Below are positions 36,382 to 41,272 of a DNA stretch of 41,272 nt, piece by piece (the stretch's first letter is position 1; each line of letters opens with the position of its first letter). The position numbers were made by a program, and so were the translations under genes. Source of the DNA: Candidatus Aenigmatarchaeota archaeon (GTDB lineage Archaea > Aenigmatarchaeota > Aenigmatarchaeia > PWEA01); assembly GCA_046539325.1 (NCBI GenBank), contig JBKHHD010000008.1, positions 1-41,272 on the forward strand, written 5' to 3'. The notes beneath the pieces were generated by a model that saw nothing but the letters and a program-made list of their open reading frames with translations, had not been told where the DNA came from and searched no databases.

Positions 36382-38259
36382 CTACCCTACGAACTTCGGC
36401 CTCTTTGAAAGCTTTTCTGGAAGAGGCAGTGGTCTAAACGGATAGCCTTTTATTTTTTCCTTTATCTCATCTACCAGTTCTTGTGGCCCCATTCCTGTTT
36501 CCCTGCCTGATTCACGTTTCCTCACTGAAAGCATGTCACCCTCTAACTCATCGTCTCCAACTACAAGCGTGTATGGAACCCATTCGCTCTCAGACCTTCT
36601 TATTCTCCTTCCTACGGATTCGTTTCTATCGTCGATATCCACCCTTATTCTTTCCTCCTTCAGCCTCTTCCTAAGTTCTTCGGAGTATTCCATGTGTTTC
36701 TCAGGACTTACGGGTATTATTCTGACCTGTGTCGGAGACAACCATAGAGGCAGTGTTGTGTTCTTCTTACTGCTCCGCACAGCGTCTTCCAGAAGGAACG
36801 TCAGGGTTCTCTCTATAGAACCGAAGGTCGAACAATGTAGTATTGTGCAGGGATGTTCTTTGTTGTCTTCGCCTGTGTAAGCTATATCAAACCTTTCCCC
36901 GTTTACAAGATCCATCTGGACCGTGGAAACCTGCGTTTCGATTCCACTTGGATGGATGGCCTCGAAGTCCGCCTTCATCGAGTAATAATGGCTTCTTTCT
37001 TCGGAAAGCTGGATAAATGCGGGTTTGCCCATCTTCCTTGTCACTTCCTTTATCCAGTCCTTGTTCTCCTTCCAGTAGCTTGTAGTTCCTTCCCACTCAA
37101 GTATCCAATCGCCCTTGCTTATTATCGAATTCATGAGATCCTTGCATATATCACATAGCTCTTCGAACTCTTCCTTTGCCCTTTGTTCGTCGGCTGTGAA
37201 TGTGTGGGTGTCCGTCATCGTGAAGTTTCTCACTCTTCTAAGGCCTGAGAGCTCTCCCCTTTGCTCTTTCCGGAAACAGGAGGTTTCCTCGTACTGTTTC
37301 AGTGGGAGGTGTTTGTAGCTTATGCTCAAATTCTGTGCATAGGGGAACTGTCCTGGGTCGGAGGCAGGCCTCATAGCAAGCTTTTCACCATCTTCCTCCC
37401 AGTTGTATATCTTTTCCTGGAACTCGCCAATTAGTTTGTCTATCCTTTCGTCGTTAAGTCTGTAGATAAGCGGATTCTCTATTTTGAAGGCTCCGTACTC
37501 CTTGACAAGTTCGTCCTGATAGTCCAGTATAAGTTCCTTGAGAAGTACACCCTTTGGGTGCCATTTGAAGTGGCCCGCGTCGCTTACATCGCAGTAGTCC
37601 ACGAGCTCCAGATCCCTCATAATTTCTATGTGTGGAGGCTTGCCTTTCTCTTCACCTTTCCCTATTTCACATCTTACAAGGTCCTTTAGGTTTTCAGAAT
37701 TACGGGTATCTTCGTTTACGATGTCGCTCTCATGCCAGTTGTGTTTGTTTACTTCGTACTCATTGCCTTCCCCATCCAAAATAATGAACTTGGAGAACTC
37801 CTCTTCTCCTTCCCTTTCCTTTGCAGGTCCTTCATCTCCCTCCTCTGGTCTTATCTCCCTGCTGAGCTCCGAGAGAGGATGGCCCTTTACGTGTATTTCA
37901 AACTCCTTGTACCAGCCGAACGGCGCTCTTGTGACCCCGAAGTCATCTTCCAGCTTTTCTTCTAAAAGCTTCTGTGACTTCATCGCGTCGTCTAGGTTAC
38001 CGGGATTCGAGGTCAGGTGAACCCATGGATATATAACAATTCTTTCTGCATTTACCTGCTCCACCACGTCCCTTATCTCTCCTTCCGTTCTTTGAATAAC
38101 GTAGTTGAGATCCTTTTCGTCTCCTTCCTCCAGCGCATTGAAAACAACGAGACAATCCTCGACCCTCTTCTTCCCTTCTTCGCACTCCTCGGCGCTGTCC
38201 ACAGCTTTTTTGTGCGGCTCAAACTCCAGGTGGCTTGAATGTAACAGTAGTAGCTTCAT
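36382..38259 (-). CDS. thrS: Threonyl-tRNA synthetase (archaeal type with N-terminal editing domain)
   Basis: YPWVHL, RAPFGWYK, GHPLSELS, FRKEQRGEL.GL.R.R.F and PLWLSPTQVR motifs. Confidence 0.96.
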   Translation of the reverse strand: MKLLLLHSSHLEFEPHKKAVDSAEECEEGKKRVEDCLVVFNALEEGDEKDLNYVIQRTEGEIRDVVEQVNAERIVIYPWVHLTSNPGNLDDAMKSQKLLEEKLEDDFGVTRAPFGWYKEFEIHVKGHPLSELSREIRPEEGDEGPAKEREGEEEFSKFIILDGEGNEYEVNKHNWHESDIVNEDTRNSENLKDLVRCEIGKGEEKGKPPHIEIMRDLELVDYCDVSDAGHFKWHPKGVLLKELILDYQDELVKEYGAFKIENPLIYRLNDERIDKLIGEFQEKIYNWEEDGEKLAMRPASDPGQFPYAQNLSISYKHLPLKQYEETSCFRKEQRGELSGLRRVRNFTMTDTHTFTADEQRAKEEFEELCDICKDLMNSIISKGDWILEWEGTTSYWKENKDWIKEVTRKMGKPAFIQLSEERSHYYSMKADFEAIHPSGIETQVSTVQMDLVNGERFDIAYTGEDNKEHPCTILHCSTFGSIERTLTFLLEDAVRSSKKNTTLPLWLSPTQVRIIPVSPEKHMEYSEELRKRLKEERIRVDIDDRNESVGRRIRRSESEWVPYTLVVGDDELEGDMLSVRKRESGRETGMGPQELVDEIKEKIKGYPFRPLPLPEKLSKRPKFVG

Positions 38260-38425
38260 ACGATCAGCTCCCTATAGTGTAGTCTACTGAAGTTTATAAT
38301 TGTTTGGAAGGAATTTTCGATTCTAGGAAAGGTCTTCTCAAACTGTAAAACGTCCACCGGACTTGCGCCTCATTCTACCACTCTAAGTTTTCCTTCATCT
38401 CCAAACCTTAAATAATTTACCTGCC

Positions 38426-38872
38426 TTACTTGAAGATCTGCTTCTGATAGAAGTAGATGTAAACAAAGGGCGTATTGAAAAGCATATAATATACAAAGGC
38501 GGCTATCCAGATGTTCATTGGACTTCCAATGTTCGATGCGCCTGAAAATATAGTTTCGTAAGGCCAGTATCCTCCAGGAGAGATAATCCATGAGGAGTAC
38601 AGTACGGCTGATAAGCCAAAAAGACCTGAAGAAGCTCCATAGTAATTCAAGGAACCTCCGTCAACGTCGAACCTTTTGTTTATGATTGTTATTAAAATGA
38701 GCCCCAAGGCTAGTCCAAGTAAGCCAGAAAACGTGTAGTGAAAAAATAGGTTTCCGAACTCAAGAAAAGAGGACATGAGAGTATATGATAGCAAGATTAC
38801 AGGTACAATGACGATCAATTGAATGACTGCTATGACAAACATCGGAGCTAGACGTGAAGTATTCCTTGTCAT
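38426..38872 (-). CDS. Hypothetical four-TM membrane protein
   Basis: Hydrophobic 148-aa ORF. Confidence 0.65.
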   Translation of the reverse strand: MTRNTSRLAPMFVIAVIQLIVIVPVILLSYTLMSSFLEFGNLFFHYTFSGLLGLALGLILITIINKRFDVDGGSLNYYGASSGLFGLSAVLYSSWIISPGGYWPYETIFSGASNIGSPMNIWIAAFVYYMLFNTPFVYIYFYQKQIFK

Positions 38873-38910
38873 ACTTTATCTACTGCATTTCTTCTTTTTA
38901 AGCTTCCGTT

Positions 38911-39360
38911 TCAGGCTTCGTTGTTCAAACATATGGCCCTTTGTTGGAAGCTTCTTGGTGCGTCCTTTACTAACCTTATTTTAAGCTCGTGTGGAAGTAT
39001 AGTGTAGTCCCTTAACTCGTCCACAGGAACGAACTTCACGTCCTTGAGGATCCCCTTTTCACCTGCCTCTGGATCCTCGCCCAGCTTCACCTCGCCACTT
39101 TCATAGTTGCAGAGAAAGAAGAACTCCATATGATGTTTCGTCCCGCCGAAGAAGTCGTTGTAGTAGATAGGCCGCTCAACCCTGACATCGACGTTGGTCT
39201 CCTCCTTCACTTCCCTTTTCACTGCTTTATGTATCAGCTCGCCTGCCTCCACAGCTCCACCAGGAGGAATCCAGTAGGACATGTTTCCTTCTTCGTGCTT
39301 TACCAGAAGGATAGAGTTTTTCCTTGGTACTATAGCCGCGACCCTGGGTCTCAGTTCCAT
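38911..39360 (-). CDS. Nudix hydrolase
   Basis: Nudix box GGAVEAGELIHKAVKREVKEETNV. Confidence 0.92.
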   Translation of the reverse strand: MELRPRVAAIVPRKNSILLVKHEEGNMSYWIPPGGAVEAGELIHKAVKREVKEETNVDVRVERPIYYNDFFGGTKHHMEFFFLCNYESGEVKLGEDPEAGEKGILKDVKFVPVDELRDYTILPHELKIRLVKDAPRSFQQRAICLNNEA

Positions 39361-39390
39361 ATACAAAACAACACAGGCACGAGTTAAATA

Positions 39391-39398
39391 TTTTTAAG
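39391..39398 (+). promoter_or_regulatory. TATA box of tRNA-Gln
   Basis: TTTTTAAG about 26 nt upstream of the tRNA 5' end. Confidence 0.55.
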
Positions 39399-39423
39399 CC
39401 TTACAAAGAAGGTTGTTACGGGT

Positions 39424-39639
39424 AGCCCGGTAGTCTAGCCACCTTTTACTCACTTCGTTCGCAAAACGCGGGCGAAAAGAATACGGGTGGGACAATGGTC
39501 AAGGATGTCGGGCTTTGGGCATCTGCTCAAAGCATTGAGCTTTTTGTCGAGCGATGAAAGAAACCCGGCGACCCAGGTTCGAAAGAAGAAATCGGGATTT
39601 CATATTTCCGGTTTCCCGGAAATCCTGGCCGGGCTACCA
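39424..39639 (+). tRNA. tRNA-Gln(TTG) with three introns: 15/16 (39439..39495), 37/38 (39519..39562), 59/60 (39584..39622); CCA encoded
   Basis: Removing the three segments leaves a 76-nt cloverleaf: AGCCCGG TA GTCT AGTGGTCAA GGAT G TCGGG CTTTGGA CCCGG CGAC CCAGG TTCGAAT CCTGG CCGGGCT A CCA. A1-U72 is typical of archaeal tRNA-Gln; each junction pair forms a BHB or BHB-like motif. Confidence 0.9.
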
Positions 39640-39718
39640 ACTATTCTTTGCTCCAGGCTAATTTTATGAGAAAAGAATATCTAGGTATTACTTAGAAAAG
39701 ATCTCATATTTTGAATTT

Positions 39719-39979
39719 CTAATCTTTCACGTACTTTCTTTTCTTCTTTCTTCCATTCCTCCATTCCTCATCCAGGTCCAGATCCTTCTTTGCAGCCATT
39801 GCAAACAAGATAAACAGGATATCGTAGATCTGGTGCCTTAAGTCGTCATCTTCATCAGCTTCCCTCAGAAGCTCAAGCTCTTCTTCGAGCATATCCGTCT
39901 GTTTCACCATAGATTCATCTGTATCCTTGACCTCTTCAAGGAAATCCTTTACTTCGTCCCTGTAGTCGTTCAGTGACAT
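39719..39979 (-). CDS. Small MazG-like all-alpha protein
   Basis: LEEELE...IYDILF.L..MA....LDL pattern; acidic motif partly degenerate. Confidence 0.55.
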   Translation of the reverse strand: MSLNDYRDEVKDFLEEVKDTDESMVKQTDMLEEELELLREADEDDDLRHQIYDILFILFAMAAKKDLDLDEEWRNGRKKKRKYVKD

Positions 39980-40045
39980 TTTCCTTCTTTGTTAATTCAC
40001 TTCCCACTTACCTTTAAATAAAAATATCCTCATATCTTTCTTGTT

Positions 40046-41077
40046 ATGGACACTGAAGAGAAGGTGGAGCTGTTGAAGAGGAAGCCCACTGACGAGGTCG
40101 TTACGGAGGAGGAGCTGGAGGAGATAGTTCAGAAGGACAAACCTTCAGCTTACATAGGATATGCTCCGACGGGAAAGATGCACATAGGTCACTTCACCAC
40201 GGTCCGTAAGATAGCGGACTTCTTGGAAGCAGGATTTGAATTCAAAATTCTAATCGCCGATATACACGCAGAGTTGGACGTGGAGAAGACACCGAAGGAA
40301 CTCCTGGAAGCTAGAGCAGAGTGGTATACGGAAGCTATGAAAGGTATGATAAAGGCTGCCGGAGCAGATCTTGAAAACGTGGAGATAGTTAGAGGCAGCG
40401 ACTACCAGCATGATAAGGAGTATCAGAAAGGCTATATGCACCTTATGGAGAACGCAACGGTTAAGAGGGCTGAAAGAGCCTCCAGTGAAGTTGTGAGGTA
40501 CGGGGACAGTATGAAGGCATCAGGAATTCTTTATCCCTTCATGCAGATAATGGACTGCGTTGGTTTGGACGTTGACGTTGCCTACGCTGGAACCGATCAG
40601 AGAAGGATATATATGCTTGGAAGGGAAACACTTCCGAATATAGGGGAGGAGAAAGTTACTTGTATTTTCTCAGAGCTGCTTCCTGGTTTAGGAGGCGGCA
40701 AGATGAGTTCGTCTGTTAAAGGTTCAAAGGTAGGTGTAACCGATGACCCCGAAACTGTGAAGGAAAAGATAAGCGATGCCTACTGTCCTGCCGGCGAGTT
40801 GAATGACAATATAGTTTTGAAATACGTCGAAAACCTTCTTTTTCCACTCCTAGAAGACAGAGGCGAGGAGTTTCTAATAGAGAGACCTAAGAAATATGGC
40901 GGTGACCTTTCGTACAGTGGTTACGAGGAACTAAAAGAAGATTTCCTATCGGAAGAGTTACATCCACAGGATCTTAAAAAGGCTCTCGGTGAGAAGGTGG
41001 CTGAGGTTTTGAAGCCTGTCAGAGAGAGGTTTGAAAGTAAAGAAAACCTTACTGAAAGGGCCTTCCCGGACGAGTAA
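40046..41077 (+). CDS. tyrS: Tyrosyl-tRNA synthetase (archaeal type)
   Basis: YIGYAPTGKMHIGH, YPFMQ..D, G.DQR, KMSSS and LHPQDLK motifs. Confidence 0.97.
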   Translation: MDTEEKVELLKRKPTDEVVTEEELEEIVQKDKPSAYIGYAPTGKMHIGHFTTVRKIADFLEAGFEFKILIADIHAELDVEKTPKELLEARAEWYTEAMKGMIKAAGADLENVEIVRGSDYQHDKEYQKGYMHLMENATVKRAERASSEVVRYGDSMKASGILYPFMQIMDCVGLDVDVAYAGTDQRRIYMLGRETLPNIGEEKVTCIFSELLPGLGGGKMSSSVKGSKVGVTDDPETVKEKISDAYCPAGELNDNIVLKYVENLLFPLLEDRGEEFLIERPKKYGGDLSYSGYEELKEDFLSEELHPQDLKKALGEKVAEVLKPVRERFESKENLTERAFPDE

Positions 41078-41175
41078 GCTATTCTAGATATCCCGCAATC
41101 CTCTCAACCTTCGTCATTAATTAACTAATTCCTCTTGATATTTTTAAGATAAATTTAGAATAAGCCTAAATCAAT

Positions 41176-41272
41176 TTGGAGGGTGAAGAATTCATACAGG
41201 ACTTTGAAAGTATTGCTGAAAGAGCTTGCAGAGATGTGTCTGAAGTTCAGGAAAACTGGGACGATGGACAGG
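41176..41272 (+). CDS. Possible start of a gene running off the window
   Basis: TTG-initiated open acidic frame (EGEEFIQDFESIAERACRDVSEVQENWDDGQ). Confidence 0.35.
   Translation, partial: MEGEEFIQDFESIAERACRDVSEVQENWDDGQ

Noticed and set aside
39519-39562. Box C/D guide RNA within tRNA-Gln intron 2 (GATGA present)
   Set aside because: No CTGA box D partner in the intron; the GATG is explained by the BHB helix.
39487-39669. 60-aa ORF inside tRNA-Gln, considered as an intron-encoded protein
   Set aside because: It spans exons and introns; the introns (39-57 nt) are too short for a homing endonuclease.

Overview
Gene-dense, housekeeping-rich archaeal chromosome segment with no CRISPR array, IS element or integrase. 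Acidic proteins, many apparently leaderless genes, a DUF87/HerA ATPase, a TrmB-like regulator, a split Hef and intron-rich tRNAs suggest a halotolerant DPANN-type archaeon, possibly Aenigmarchaeota- or Nanohaloarchaeota-like (inference). It has about 45 CDSs, including cysS, thrS, tyrS, ybaK, DNA ligase, XPD, Hef, pyrH, bud32, dhs and MC1. It also carries a largely complete lower ether-lipid pathway: mevalonate kinase, AcnX large and small subunits, UbiD, UbiX, IPK, G1PDH, GGGPS and a tetraether synthase (Tes) homolog. The ORF track misses the RNA genes. All three tRNA genes are interrupted: tRNA-Arg(CCT) has a 30/31 intron, tRNA-Cys(GCA) a 37/38 intron, and tRNA-Gln(TTG) three introns (15/16, 37/38, 59/60). 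Two introns in different tRNAs and positions are visibly related. The SRP RNA appears to lack helix 6 and has a UGAC tetraloop. Other oddities: a Tes lacking its N-terminal auxiliary Fe-S cysteines, an HD hydrolase inside the mevalonate/prFMN operon, a possible FtsZ C-terminal-domain-only protein and a doubly frameshifted cation/H+ antiporter. All protein family calls are by motif recognition, not database search.
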